Source: Pirellulales bacterium
Lineage (GTDB): Bacteria; Planctomycetota; Planctomycetia; Pirellulales; PALSA-1355
Reading direction: 5' to 3'
Assembly (NCBI GenBank): GCA_963733035.1
Contig: CAVTBU010000005.1
Location: 1,152,001-1,216,000, forward strand
Length of the DNA stretch: 64,000 bases
Shown here: in pieces, positions 1 through 10,694 of the stretch
How the letters are laid out: each line of letters begins with the position of its first letter
Numbering within the stretch: the stretch's first letter is position 1
Translations under genes and position numbers: made by a program
The notes under the pieces: model-generated
Told to the model about the DNA's origin: nothing
Seen by the model: only the letters and a program-made list of their open reading frames with translations
The model's database searches: none

Positions 1-2
1 TC

Positions 3-828
3 ATCATTTCAGTTGGAGATACAGACCAATTGATTCTACGTGTTGATCCGCCGGAATCTGCAACCGAGCTCGAAGCTTCCGTCGCCGGCGGTGATAGCGG
101 CGGTCCGGCGCTGCTGCCAGTTAACGGCAAAATGTACCTAGCGGGGGTAATATCCTCGATGGCGGACCACCGCCCGGCGTCCGAAGATCGAGCCGGAGTT
201 TATGGCGCTCGCTTCGAGGTAAAGCGCGTGTCGAGTTTTGCGCGCTGGATCGAGGACACAACTGGCGAGCGCTTCGGCGCGGTAAGGTACGATCGAAACG
301 CCGCGGCAGTTGGGCTCGTTTTGCTCGTGGCCGTCTCAGGGTATTTCTGGTTAGCGCGGCGGTTGGGTCCTTTATTGCGCGTGCATAAAGGGGGGAAAGT
401 GTTGTTAAAAGCGGCCTTACCGCTGACCATGGCCGGAGGCGTCGTCGCTACGGGCTACGTGGCGTGGTTCGACGTGACTTCGCCGGCTGTACTGGCCTTT
501 GTGCCGATGGTCATGCTGTTCGCGGCCATTGGCATCCGATACGCAGCCGGCACGTTTCGTGATAAGTCGAGTAGACAAAGCTTCTTATTTGTCGGTGCGC
601 GTACTCTTCACCATTCCGGTAACGGCGGCGGTAGGTCTCGTTGCCTTGCTTGCCACTCAGCCTGTTCAAGTGGCCGATTTGCTCGGCCTTTGGCCAGCCG
701 CGTTCGCCCTTGGGATTGTCATCACAGCTACTGTGGAGGCGACACCATTCATCGCAAGGTGGGCTGGTTTAGTCCTCGTCACCCTGCGGAAGAGGTTCCT
801 CCGGGCCTACCAATCTTCGGCCATGTAA
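3..828 (+). CDS. Trypsin-like (S1) serine peptidase with C-terminal multi-pass membrane region; 5'-truncated by the window, apparent frameshift near 590-600
   Basis: Frame is open from base 3 and contains the GDSGGP catalytic-Ser motif followed by YLAGVIS. Hydrophobic helices follow and continue in the 499..828 frame (VLFTIPVTAAVGLVALLA...). Confidence 0.7.
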
Positions 829-1115
829 CTCGTAACGCAGCGATTCTCGGAACTGGCGGTGCGCTTTGTCCGCCGAGCCATGCTGCCGCACAGCATCGAA
901 GCCGCGAGAGCATCAAACCAGCAGACCCGCATCGAATCATAGCACCAACGATCACAGCACACCGGATCGTTGCGGGTGAGAAGCACGACGGCATGATGGC
1001 GAACCGCCGCGTCACCCGGTTTGTAAAACATCCCATCGCGTGTCGATAGGGGTAAGCAGGGTGCGCCGGCACAAGGCTTGGTTCGGATCGAAGATTTGAC
1101 CCCACCCCCATCCGG

Positions 1116-1319
1116 TCAACGACGCGGAGCCAGGTCCAGGTCGAGATACTGGCACAGCTTCGCGGCGGTGTCCAAGCTGATGCCACGTTCGCCGTTGATG
1201 AAGCGGTTCAAGACCGACTGGCTGATGCCGGTTGCCTGGGCGATGGCGTACTGAGTCTCGCCAGTGCGCTTTATGGTTTGTTGCAATTGCTCGACGACAG
1301 ATCGTGCTTTGGGCGTGAT
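1116..1319 (-). CDS. Small XRE/Cro-type helix-turn-helix protein, absent from the ORF track; start is ATC or a mutated ATG
   Basis: Manual translation gives ITPKARSVVEQLQQTIKRTGETQYAIAQATGISQSVLNRFINGERGISLDTAAKLCQYLDLDLAPRR*, a classic XRE HTH pattern. A purine-rich GGAAGA lies upstream of the ATC. Confidence 0.75.
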   Translation of the reverse strand: MTPKARSVVEQLQQTIKRTGETQYAIAQATGISQSVLNRFINGERGISLDTAAKLCQYLDLDLAPRR

Positions 1320-1412
1320 GCTGCGATCTTCCGTTGGAGAATGCGAGCAACAACCTCTTGAAATTCAAAAAGTTGGCATTGGTTGTCATGATGCATCGGA
1401 CGATGACGCGAA

Positions 1413-1486
<74 letters not shown>

Positions 1487-1612
1487 GAAGGCGTTTTCAA
1501 ATATAGCGGTTGGCGATGTGCGCGGACAGATGGTGTCGAGTTCTACTGGCGAAACGTAATCGCTGCACAGCGTTCTGAAACGAACCGCGACGAAGCAATC
1601 TCGCGCTGGCCG

Positions 1613-3514
1613 CTACTCGACCGTTACGCTCTTGGCCAGATTGCGGGGTTTGTCGACGTCGCAGCCTCGGAGGACGGCGATGTGGTAGGCGAGCAATTGC
1701 AGCGGGATGATCGACACGATCGGCTGCAGGAAGTCGTCGACGGGGGGCACTTCGATCACGTCGTCGGCCAGATCGGCCACGCGCGTGTCTCCCTCGCCTA
1801 CGATGGCGATCACCGGGCCGCCGCGGGCCTTGATCTCCTCGAGGTTCGACATCACTTTGTCGTAGACGAACCCTTGCGGAATGATGATTACGCTGGGTGT
1901 GTGCTGGTCGACCAATGCGATCGGGCCATGCTTCATTTCGGCCGCCGGATAGCCTTCGGCGTGGATGTAACTGATTTCCTTGAGCTTCAGGGCCCCTTCC
2001 AGCGCGGTGGGAAAGTTGAATTGACGTCCCAGGTAGAGAAAGTTCGTGCAGTGGCAATACTTGCCGGCGATCTGCCGCACGGCGTCGCTGGTTTGCAAGG
2101 CGCGGGCCACCATTTCCGGCAGTTGCTGCAAGCGCTCGATGATTCGCATGCCGGCGTCAAAGCCAACGTTCCGCATGCGGCCAAAATAGAGCGCAAGCAT
2201 CGCCAGCACGACGCATTGCGAAGTGAACGCCTTGGTGGAAGCCACGCCAATTTCCGGCCCCGCGTGCAGGTAGATGCCGCCGTCTGCCGCCTGGGCAATT
2301 GAACTACCTACGACGTTACAAATGGCCAGGGTCGGATGTCCCTTGCGTTTCATTTCGCGCAGGGCTGCCAAGGTGTCGGCGGTTTCGCCGCTCTGCGTAA
2401 TGGCGAACAACAGCGTGTTGCTGTCGAGCGGCGGGTTGCGATAGCGCAGCTCGCTGGCGTATTCCACCTCGACCGGAATCTGGGCGATCTCTTCGATCAT
2501 ATATTCGCCCACCAGCGCCGCGTGCCAGCTCGTGCCGCAGGCCGTGAGCAGAATGCGATTGACGGACCGCAGTTGTTGCGGCGACAGGTTCAGGCCGCCG
2601 AATACGGCCGTGGCCTCGTCGAGGCTCAAACGACCTCGCATCGAATTGCGGATGGTCTCGGGCTGCTCGAAGATTTCCTTGAGCATGTAATGCGGATAGC
2701 CGTCGAGCGACACGGCGTCGGCCGTCATTTCGAGCACGCTCACCTGATGTTGGATGTGTCCCTGGTCGCGATCGATGACCCGCAGCGCGTCGGCCGTGAT
2801 TACGGCGATCTGATGATCTGCGAGGTAGACGATTTGCTCGGTATGACCGGCCAGCGGCGATGCGTCGCTGGCGATGATGTGCTCGTCATCTCCCACACCG
2901 ACCACCAACGGACTGCCAAGCCGCGCGGCGATTACCACGTCGGGATAGTCGCGAAAGACGACCGCCAGTCCGTAGGTGCCCTGCAATTGGGCCACGGCCT
3001 GTCGAACGGCTTCGGCCAGGGGCCGATGGCGCGGTTCGATCCAACCATCGTCGTCGGATTCGAGCGTTTCTTGTTGTTCGGCGGCCAGCGCAAGTTGCTC
3101 TTCCAGGCAAGTGGCGATCAGATGAGCAATCACCTCGGTGTCGGTGGCCGATTGGAATACGCAACCCTCGTCTTCCAACCGCTGCTTGATCTGCCGGAAA
3201 TTCTCAATCACGCCGTTGTGAACCACGGCCACGGTCGCGGCGCGACCCAAATGCGGGTGAGCGTTGGCATCGGTAGCCGGGCCATGCGTCGCCCAGCGTG
3301 TGTGCCCAATGCCGATGTGCCCTGGCGAGGGGTGTTTGACAAGCTGCTGGACCAGATTGTCGAGTCGACCGGCCCGCTTGGTGACTAGCAGTTCGCCGTC
3401 GTTGATCGTGGCGATGCCGGCACTGTCGTAGCCGCGATATTCGAGCCGCCGGAGTCCTTCGATGAGATAGGGGACCGCGTCGCGCGGACCGATGTAACCG
3501 ACGATTCCACACAT
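1613..3514 (-). CDS. glmS: Glutamine--fructose-6-phosphate aminotransferase
   Basis: N-terminal MCGIVG, LEYRGYDSAG, GHTRWATHG, and C-terminal DKPRNLAKSVTVE. Confidence 0.98.
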   Translation of the reverse strand: MCGIVGYIGPRDAVPYLIEGLRRLEYRGYDSAGIATINDGELLVTKRAGRLDNLVQQLVKHPSPGHIGIGHTRWATHGPATDANAHPHLGRAATVAVVHNGVIENFRQIKQRLEDEGCVFQSATDTEVIAHLIATCLEEQLALAAEQQETLESDDDGWIEPRHRPLAEAVRQAVAQLQGTYGLAVVFRDYPDVVIAARLGSPLVVGVGDDEHIIASDASPLAGHTEQIVYLADHQIAVITADALRVIDRDQGHIQHQVSVLEMTADAVSLDGYPHYMLKEIFEQPETIRNSMRGRLSLDEATAVFGGLNLSPQQLRSVNRILLTACGTSWHAALVGEYMIEEIAQIPVEVEYASELRYRNPPLDSNTLLFAITQSGETADTLAALREMKRKGHPTLAICNVVGSSIAQAADGGIYLHAGPEIGVASTKAFTSQCVVLAMLALYFGRMRNVGFDAGMRIIERLQQLPEMVARALQTSDAVRQIAGKYCHCTNFLYLGRQFNFPTALEGALKLKEISYIHAEGYPAAEMKHGPIALVDQHTPSVIIIPQGFVYDKVMSNLEEIKARGGPVIAIVGEGDTRVADLADDVIEVPPVDDFLQPIVSIIPLQLLAYHIAVLRGCDVDKPRNLAKSVTVE

Positions 3515-3816
3515 GACGAGCGGACTCCTTAACTGGGCGAAGTGCCGACCGGCTATCTGAGCTTGCAGGGAAGCCGTTGTGCCGACGCGACCAGGTACAC
3601 CTAAGTCGAACGCCAGTTGGGCATTATTGGGGCATTGAGTAACGCCCAATCCTAGCATACGCAGACGATCGTTCCGCAGCCAGAGCGATGGCGCGGCCCG
3701 AGCCGTGGTCGAGGCACCTGCTCACCCCCCGCCAAACCGGTCTTTCAAGAAGCCTTGTTGATCGGCTACAAGCAAGCCCCAAATAATCCGCACGACCAGC
3801 ACTGGGCCCTGCCAGC

Positions 3817-4599
3817 ATGTCGCAAGCGTCACCGCAACTACGCGTTCATTCGACCAGTTACGTGGTTATTCCGGCCCGACTGGCCTCCACGCGGCTCCCT
3901 CGCAAGTTGCTGCTGGCCGAAACGGGCAAGCCGCTGGTGCAACACACCTATGAAGCGGCCGCGCGGGCCACGAAACCGACGGGGCTGATCGTGGCGGCCG
4001 ATCACGAAGAGATTGCCGCGGCCGTGCGCCGATTCGGGGGCGAGGTGCAAATGACCAGCCCCGACTGCGCCAGCGGCACGGACCGAGTTGCCGAAGTCGC
4101 TCGCCAGTTAGACGACGTCGATATTCTGGTCAACGTGCAAGGCGACGAGCCGGAACTTCCAGGCACGTCGATCGATCTGGCCGTTGAACTGCTGGAAGCC
4201 AATCCGGACATGGTCATGTCGACGCTCGCCACGCCGATTCGCGACCGCCGCGTTCTCGAGGACCCGTCGTGCGTCAAGGTGGTGTTCGACAGTCGCGGCA
4301 AGGCCCTTTACTTCAGCCGCAGCCCGATTCCGCACGCCCGCGACTGGCACGACGAACTGCTCGACGCCGAACCTCCGCATTTCCATCTTCACATTGGACT
4401 TTACGCCTACCGCCGCGATTTTCTGCTCCAACTGGCCGGCCTGGCCCGCACGCCACTGGAAAAGCTCGAAAACCTCGAACAGCTTCGAGTGCTGGAAAAC
4501 GGTTACTCGATTGGCGTGGGCGTCGTTGAAGAACGGACCGTGGGCATCGATACGCCCGAGGATTATCGGGCGTTTGTCAATCGAGCCCGGCTGCGTTAA
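3817..4599 (+). CDS. kdsB: 3-deoxy-manno-octulosonate cytidylyltransferase
   Basis: VIPARLASTRLPRK, SGTDR, VNVQGDEP, ALYFSRSPIP, HIGLYAY and LEQLRVLENG motifs. Confidence 0.96.
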   Translation: MSQASPQLRVHSTSYVVIPARLASTRLPRKLLLAETGKPLVQHTYEAAARATKPTGLIVAADHEEIAAAVRRFGGEVQMTSPDCASGTDRVAEVARQLDDVDILVNVQGDEPELPGTSIDLAVELLEANPDMVMSTLATPIRDRRVLEDPSCVKVVFDSRGKALYFSRSPIPHARDWHDELLDAEPPHFHLHIGLYAYRRDFLLQLAGLARTPLEKLENLEQLRVLENGYSIGVGVVEERTVGIDTPEDYRAFVNRARLR

Positions 4600-4749
4600 G
4601 ATACGGTCCCAGGGACAAGTGCGGCCCTGGCCCCGCCTCAAGCGTCTGGCGAGTCCTTTGCCGGCGTTTTCCTTGAGTTTTTGCCGTCGCAGCTTTTCGT
4701 GTCGTAGCGCGCCCGAGGGACAATATTTTCTCAGCAGGATGGAATTTGC

Positions 4750-6378
4750 ATGACCAAACACATCTTCGTTACCGGGGGCGTCGTCAGTTCGCTGGGCAAG
4801 GGACTGACGAGCGCTTCGATCGGCATGTTGCTCGAGCAACGTGGCCTGCGGGTACGGATGCAAAAGCTCGACCCCTACATCAACGTCGACCCCGGGACGA
4901 TGAGCCCCTATCAACACGGCGAAGTGTATGTGCTCGACGACGGCAGCGAGACCGACCTCGACCTGGGACACTACGAGCGTTTCACGCACAGCCCGCTCAC
5001 GCGCGATTCGAATTTTACGACGGGCCAGATCTACCTGTCGGTGATCAACAAGGAGCGGCGTGGCGAGTTCCTGGGAAAGACCGTGCAGGTGATTCCGCAC
5101 ATCACCAACGAGATCAAGAATTGCATCCGCAAGCTGGCCGACGACGACGTGGACGTGGTGATTACCGAGATTGGCGGTACGGTGGGCGACATCGAAAGCC
5201 AGCCGTTCTTGGAAGCGATTCGGCAATTCTCACTGGACGTGGGCAAGCGTAATTGCCTTTACATTCATCTCACGCTGGTGCCGTATCTGAAGGCGGCGGG
5301 CGAATTGAAGACCAAGCCCACGCAGCACTCGGTCGGCCAGCTGCGCGAAATTGGTATCCAGCCCGATGTGTTGGTTTGCCGCACGGAACGTTCGTTGCGC
5401 GCGAAGACCGCGAAAAGATTGCCTTGTTCTGCAATGTGCCGATTGCTGCCGTGATCGAAGAAAAGGACAAGGACTTCTCGATCTACGAAGTGCCTCTGAG
5501 CTTGACGGAAAACAAGCTCGATGAATTGATCGTCGAGCAGTTGAACCTCCCGGCCGAAAACCTCGACCTGGACCGCTGGCGCGACTTGATTCATACGATG
5601 CGCAATCCCGAGCATGAGATCTCGATCGCCGTGGTAGGCAAGTATGCCGAGCACCGCGACGCCTACAAGTCGATCTACGAAGCCCTGGACCACGCCGGCA
5701 TCGACCACCGCTGCCAAGTCCGCGTGCAACGCATCCAGAGCGAAGCGATCGAGCAGGAAGGGCCCGAGCGACTGCTATCCGGATACGATGGTTTGCTGGT
5801 GCCGGGCGGCTTCGGCGAGCGTGGGATCGAGGGCAAGGTTGAAGCAATTCGGTTTGCCCGCGAGCGGGATATCCCATTTTTTGGGATCTGCCTAGGGATG
5901 CAGTGCGCGGCGATCGAGTTTGCCCGGCACGTTGTCGGCCTGGACGGAGCGCATTCGACCGAATTCAGCAAAGACACACCGCACCCGATAATCTGCTTGT
6001 TGGACGAACAAAAGACGATCACCGATAAAGGGGGCACGATGCGGTTGGGAGCACAACCGGCGACACCTCGAGGCAGGCAGCAAAGCGGCCTCGGCCTACG
6101 GAAGGCAAGTCATCAGCGAGCGACATCGGCATCGTTACGAGTTCAACAATCTTTACCGCCAGCAGTTTTCGGCCAATGGCCTGCGATTCTCCGGCACGAG
6201 CCCCGATGGTTCGTTGGTCGAGATCATCGAATTGGAACAGCACCCCTGGTTCGTTGCCGTGCAGTTCCATCCCGAGTTCAAGTCGAAGCCCACCAGTGCC
6301 CATCCCTTGTTCGCCGGCTTCATTGGGGCCGCCCTCGAGAGGCATCTTTCAAGGGGCTCGGTGACACAGCGGGCGTGA
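4750..6378 (+). CDS. pyrG: CTP synthase, with two apparent frameshifts at about 5398 and 6066
   Basis: [18 protein letters not shown]...KTKPTQHSV in frame 1; [10 protein letters not shown]...VPGGFG...GICLGMQ...GGTMRLG in frame 3; [10 protein letters not shown]...[10 protein letters not shown]...HPLF back in frame 1 to TGA at 6378. Confidence 0.95.
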
Positions 6379-6584
6379 CTCGTTCGGCCGGCGAGGGAGC
6401 CTTCGCCGGCCACTTCACGATCATTCGATTGAAAAACGCCATGCCCGGCAGTTGGTGTGTTTGGGCTTCCGTGCCAAACATTGGCCCGTTCCCTGGGACT
6501 TGCATTTCCCACATCGGGTCACACGGGCAGGAAAATCTACACTGTGAATCCCTAACTGCCGGGCATGGTCGTTCTGTGCGGTGA

Positions 6585-7070
6585 TTAGCTCGACAGCTTG
6601 TCAAAGAGCTGCCGAAAATCGGGCATGCGTGCTTCCAGGTAGGCTAGCCAGGCCGGCGGATGCCAAATCTCCACGCATACGCCAGCGCCGACCACGATCA
6701 CATCAGCTCCTTGTTCAGCTCCCAAGAACTCGCGAAATCCTTCTGGTATCGACAGCCGGCCGCGGCCCGCCAGCTGGACGATTCGATGCCTCGTGGAAAG
6801 CAATCGCCCCAGAAGCTGCACTTCCTCGAGCCGCCCTTCGAGTCGCCCGGCCTGCATCTTGCTCTGCACCAGCGTCACACCAGCATCGAGTCGCTGCTGC
6901 CAATGCGATGCATTCCACAGACTCAAACAGCCCGGACGTTCCTTGGCCAGAATGCAATCGGCGCCGCCCGTCAGCAGCGGGTCGACCAACTCGGCTGGAA
7001 TCGAGAGGCGATGCCGTTCGTCGAGCGTTCGCGGAAACTCGCCGAGGATGAAGTCCTGCGATGCGGGCAT
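6585..7070 (-). CDS. mraZ: MraZ-family transcriptional regulator (SpoVT/AbrB fold), not followed by a dcw cluster
   Basis: Two MraZ-like repeats: GEFPRTLDERHRLSIP and LAGRGRLSIPEGFR...VIVVGAGVCVEIW. Confidence 0.85.
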   Translation of the reverse strand: MPASQDFILGEFPRTLDERHRLSIPAELVDPLLTGGADCILAKERPGCLSLWNASHWQQRLDAGVTLVQSKMQAGRLEGRLEEVQLLGRLLSTRHRIVQLAGRGRLSIPEGFREFLGAEQGADVIVVGAGVCVEIWHPPAWLAYLEARMPDFRQLFDKLSS

Positions 7071-7097
7071 GCTGGGGCGGGTTCCGAAATAATGTCG

Positions 7098-7153
7098 TGG
7101 GCAAATTTCCCATGTTTTAGTTCAGCTAGAGCCATCCTTGGGCATGATTCCCA
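7098..7153. promoter_or_regulatory. Two copies of a 15-bp near-palindrome TGGGCA-NNN-TTCCCA upstream of mraZ (putative operator)
   Basis: TGGGCAAATTTCCCA at 7098-7112 and TGGGCATGATTCCCA at 7139-7153. Confidence 0.5.
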
Positions 7154-7460
7154 CGGAATCGGAGTTTATCAATCTTCATTGCCTTTGCAAGCGCCTGCCG
7201 GAGATTTTTTCGCTCGATCGAGGCAGTCCGTCGCGGGGCACAGGAAACGGAAAATCCGCAATGGCGCTGGAGATTGCTAGCAAACGGCGCGTGGGTTGGC
7301 AAATTTCCTCGCCAACTTGGCGTTGGCGAGGTTCACGGGCTTGCGTTAAAGTTCGCCGCCCCGGGCCGGCGTCCTATTGGGAGTAAACTCGCACGCGCTT
7401 CGACGGGACCATTAAGCAAAAACTCAACGCAACAACCAATCACGTCTTCCGAGGCCGCGT

Positions 7461-8720
7461 GTGCCGCAAGACCAACGAATCTCCGACCGCGTTGTCATCA
7501 CCGGAATCGGCCTTACGGCCTCGGTTGGCGATGATCGCGAAAGCGTTTGGCGGGCCGTGCGCAACGGCCAAAGTGCGATGCGCCGCCTGAGCGGGCTGAC
7601 CGGAATTCCAGACGGCTTGTTGATCGGTGCGCCGGTGGACATCGCGTTGTCGAGCCCCGACAAGTTGAAGGTCTTGGCGTTGTGCGAACGGGTGTCCGAT
7701 GAAGCGATGGCCGATGCGCGAATCGAAACCGGGGCGGTTGATCCGGCATGCTTTGGCTGTGCCGTGAGCGCGCACATGGGTGACATGCGGGGCCTGGTCG
7801 AGCAATTTGGTTGCGCGCACCTGAACCCGCCAACCACGATTCCGTGGCGGAACCAGTGGTTGCCCAACACGGCCTGCTCGGAAACGGGCAATCGACACAA
7901 CCTCATGGGGCCACGTCTGAGCCACTCGACGGCGTGTGCCAGCGGATTGATCGCCGTGTTGACGGCCGTGCGCGCGATTCAAGACGGGCAATGCGACCTG
8001 GCGCTGGCCGGCAGCGCCGAGGCGATTACACCGTTGTTCGCCGCTGGCTTTCACCAGATGAAGGTCCTCGCCGATCATGACGATCCCGGCCAGGCTTGCC
8101 GGCCGTTCGATCTCGATCGGCATGGCTTCGTGATGGGTGAAGGGGCGGCGATGTTTGTGCTCGAGCGGCTCAGTCATGCCGTTGCCCGCGGAGCGAAAAT
8201 CTATGCCGAGGTCGCCGGCGGTCGCCTGCTGGCGATGGCCCACCACGTCACCGGACTTGACTCGGAAAGCGACGCGCTTGCGCATCTCATCCGCGAAACC
8301 TTGCGGGTCTCGCGGCTGAGCCCACACGACATCGGCTACATCAACGTGCATGGCACGGCGACCCAGCAAAACGACGTCGCCGAAGCGAAAGCGATTCGCC
8401 GGGCCATGGGCCGGGCCGCCGACTCGCTCTGCGCGAGCGCGACGAAGTCGATCCTGGGGCATCTGATCAACGCGGCCGGAAGCGTGGAACTGGCTATCAC
8501 GGCGTTGGCGATGCGAGACGGCTTCGTCCCGCCGACGCTCAACCTGACCCGGCCCGATCCGCAGTGCGACCTGGACTGCATCCCCCTGGTGGGTCGCAAG
8601 AACCAATTCGTCTCCGCACTGAAGCTCTCGGTCGCGTTCGGTGGGACGCTGGCCGCGGTGGCACTGACTCGGCCGGACGATGCGAGTGCGGTTCGCCGAC
8701 CGATGTCCCTGGCGGCCTAA
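7461..8720 (+). CDS. Beta-ketoacyl-ACP synthase (FabF/KAS II family)
   Basis: RVVITGIG, STACASG (catalytic Cys), CRPFD..RHGFVMGEGA, HGTAT, KSILGH and AFGG. Confidence 0.92.
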   Translation: MPQDQRISDRVVITGIGLTASVGDDRESVWRAVRNGQSAMRRLSGLTGIPDGLLIGAPVDIALSSPDKLKVLALCERVSDEAMADARIETGAVDPACFGCAVSAHMGDMRGLVEQFGCAHLNPPTTIPWRNQWLPNTACSETGNRHNLMGPRLSHSTACASGLIAVLTAVRAIQDGQCDLALAGSAEAITPLFAAGFHQMKVLADHDDPGQACRPFDLDRHGFVMGEGAAMFVLERLSHAVARGAKIYAEVAGGRLLAMAHHVTGLDSESDALAHLIRETLRVSRLSPHDIGYINVHGTATQQNDVAEAKAIRRAMGRAADSLCASATKSILGHLINAAGSVELAITALAMRDGFVPPTLNLTRPDPQCDLDCIPLVGRKNQFVSALKLSVAFGGTLAAVALTRPDDASAVRRPMSLAA

Positions 8721-8819
8721 ACGGGGCGTTTAGTCGCTTGGCCCGCATTGCCGCGAGACCGTACAATGTGTGTCGAGCTAGTATCCGGCACTTTGTCCAC
8801 ACTCGGCGAGTTTAGAACG

Positions 8820-9230
8820 ATGAAACACTTGATTTACCTCGCGGTTGGCGCCGTCCTGCTGCTGTCGACCGCCGCCAACGCGGCAAATCACACGGACGAT
8901 ACGCTCGACGACGTACGGAAAAATCTGGCGGAAAAAAAGGCCGTGCTGATTGACGTGCGAGAGCCGTCGGAATGGAAACGCGGCCATTTGCAGGACGCAA
9001 CACTCGTTCCGTTAAGCGAGATACGTAAAGCCTCGAAGGACGCTAGCGTACAGAAGAAACTCGAGACAAGCCTTCCCAAGGATCGGATCATCTACTGCCA
9101 CTGTGGGAGCGGCGTTCGGGTGCTGACGGCCGCGGCCATTTTGGGCAAGCAAGGCTACGACATTCGCCCGCTGGCGTCCGGGTTCGACGATCTGGTGAAT
9201 GAGGGATTTCCAGCGGCAAAAAAACCGTGA
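8820..9230 (+). CDS. Secreted single-domain rhodanese-like protein
   Basis: Signal peptide MKHLIYLAVGAVLLLSTAANA, LIDVREPSEW..GHL and active loop HCGSGVR. Confidence 0.88.
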   Translation: MKHLIYLAVGAVLLLSTAANAANHTDDTLDDVRKNLAEKKAVLIDVREPSEWKRGHLQDATLVPLSEIRKASKDASVQKKLETSLPKDRIIYCHCGSGVRVLTAAAILGKQGYDIRPLASGFDDLVNEGFPAAKKP

Positions 9231-9383
9231 AAGACAAGCCGCCGCCTTTTGCCAAACTGCCCGAATTACCCGAGCGACATTGACCCGTTCGTGACCGGCC
9301 GATAGTATCTCGGCCCGTGTCGGACTCCGCGGTCCATTCGACGCGCAAGTGAGTCACATCGCGCCAGGGAAGGTGCTCTTGTC

Positions 9384-10656
9384 ATGGAATGGTTAACCAC
9401 GGCCTACTGGGCGGTTGTCGTGGGCGCTTCGGTTTTTTCGCTGCTGCTCACGTGGCAAGCGTTCGAACATCGGCGCGACGCTGCGCAGCCGCTCGAAGCA
9501 GCTCCCCGGAAACCATCGCAAGCACATTCGCATGTTTGTGCCTTGCAAGGATCTCGACGGCGACTTGGATGCGAACCTGAAGCCGCTCTTCGAGCAGGAT
9601 CAGGGGGATTACGATATCGTCTTTGTCGTGGAAAGCGAAAGCGATTCCGCCGCCCCGGTCGTTCGCCGCCTGATGCGGCAATATCCGGGGATTCCATCAC
9701 GACTCGTGGTGGCAGGAATCTCCACCGATAGCGGTCAAAAGGTTCACAACCTGATGGTCGCCACGGAGGACCTGCCCGCGAACGTCGAGATTCTGGTGTT
9801 TGTGGACGCCGACGTGCGGCCACCACGCAACTGGTTGCAACGGCTCACAGGGCGGCTGAACAACGTCGCGGTTTGTACCGGCTACCGCTGCTTCGTGCCG
9901 AAACGCAACACGTTCGCCAATCTCGCGCTCTCGAGTATCAACAGCGCCGTCGTGCCCATCATGTTCCCGGGCAAGCACCATCTGATCTGGGGAGGTTCCT
10001 GGGCGATCACGCGTGAGCTGTTTCAAGTCAGCGGCCTGCGGGAAGAATGGCGTGGAACGCTGAGCGACGACCTGATTGCCACCCGCGTGATGGCGCGCGT
10101 CGGGCAACGGGTAGCGGCCGAACCGATGTGTATTCTGCCGTCGCCGCTGGACGTCAATCTGTTTGGCATGTTGAGCTTCATTCGCAGACAGCTGATCATC
10201 GGAAGGTGCTATACGGCGGTCCATTGGTACGCGTTGCTGTTTGGCTGCGGGATGATGCAGTTCATTTTTTGGGGGAGCCTGGCGGCCGCGATGTGGGGCG
10301 GCATTTCGGCGGCTGCCTGGACCTGGCAACCGGCCACTGCGGTTGGAATTCTGTATGCGCTGCATATCGGCCGCGCTCAACTCCGTCATGCCGCGGCGCG
10401 GTGCTACCTGCGTGATCGCCGGGACGATTTGCGCAGCGTCCATCAGTTCGATACCTGGTTCGGCCCGCTGGCGGGCGCCCTCGGATGGCTGGGCCTGCTG
10501 GCCTCGGCCTTCAGTCGGCGAATCGTCTGGAAGGGGATTACTTATCAGATGCGTCCCGGGGGAGAGATCGTGAGCATTGTGCGGCCGGATGGCAATCGGA
10601 CGGTCGCCGCGATCTGTCGGCCGGCGGCGTCGCTTGGGACTCGCAAAGCTGCTTGA
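9384..10656 (+). CDS. Membrane glycosyltransferase, ceramide glucosyltransferase/HpnI-like; apparent frameshift near 9480
   Basis: N-terminal TM in the 9384 frame. PCKD, GQKVHNL, FVDAD, WGGSWAI, LSDD, FIRRQ and C-terminal IVWKGITY in the 9415 frame. Confidence 0.85.
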
Positions 10657-10694
10657 ACAATTTTTCAGACCTGCACGGCGGAAAGGACTCCCCG

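Noticed and set aside
3030..3110. Acidic insertion of about 25 aa in the GlmS glutaminase domain
   Set aside because: In frame, with no intein or intron hallmarks; most likely a variable surface loop.
2336..3388. Long antisense ORFs over glmS and other genes (also 4108..5226, 14150..15466, 61709..62890)
   Set aside because: Expected shadow ORFs from high-GC codon bias opposite well-supported genes.
3515..3816. Possible glmS ribozyme
   Set aside because: No recognisable core sequence; the region is a short divergent promoter interval.
5398..6066. Programmed or compensating frameshifts in pyrG
   Set aside because: No slippery sequences; the conserved middle segment is out of frame with both ends, and similar indels occur across the window.
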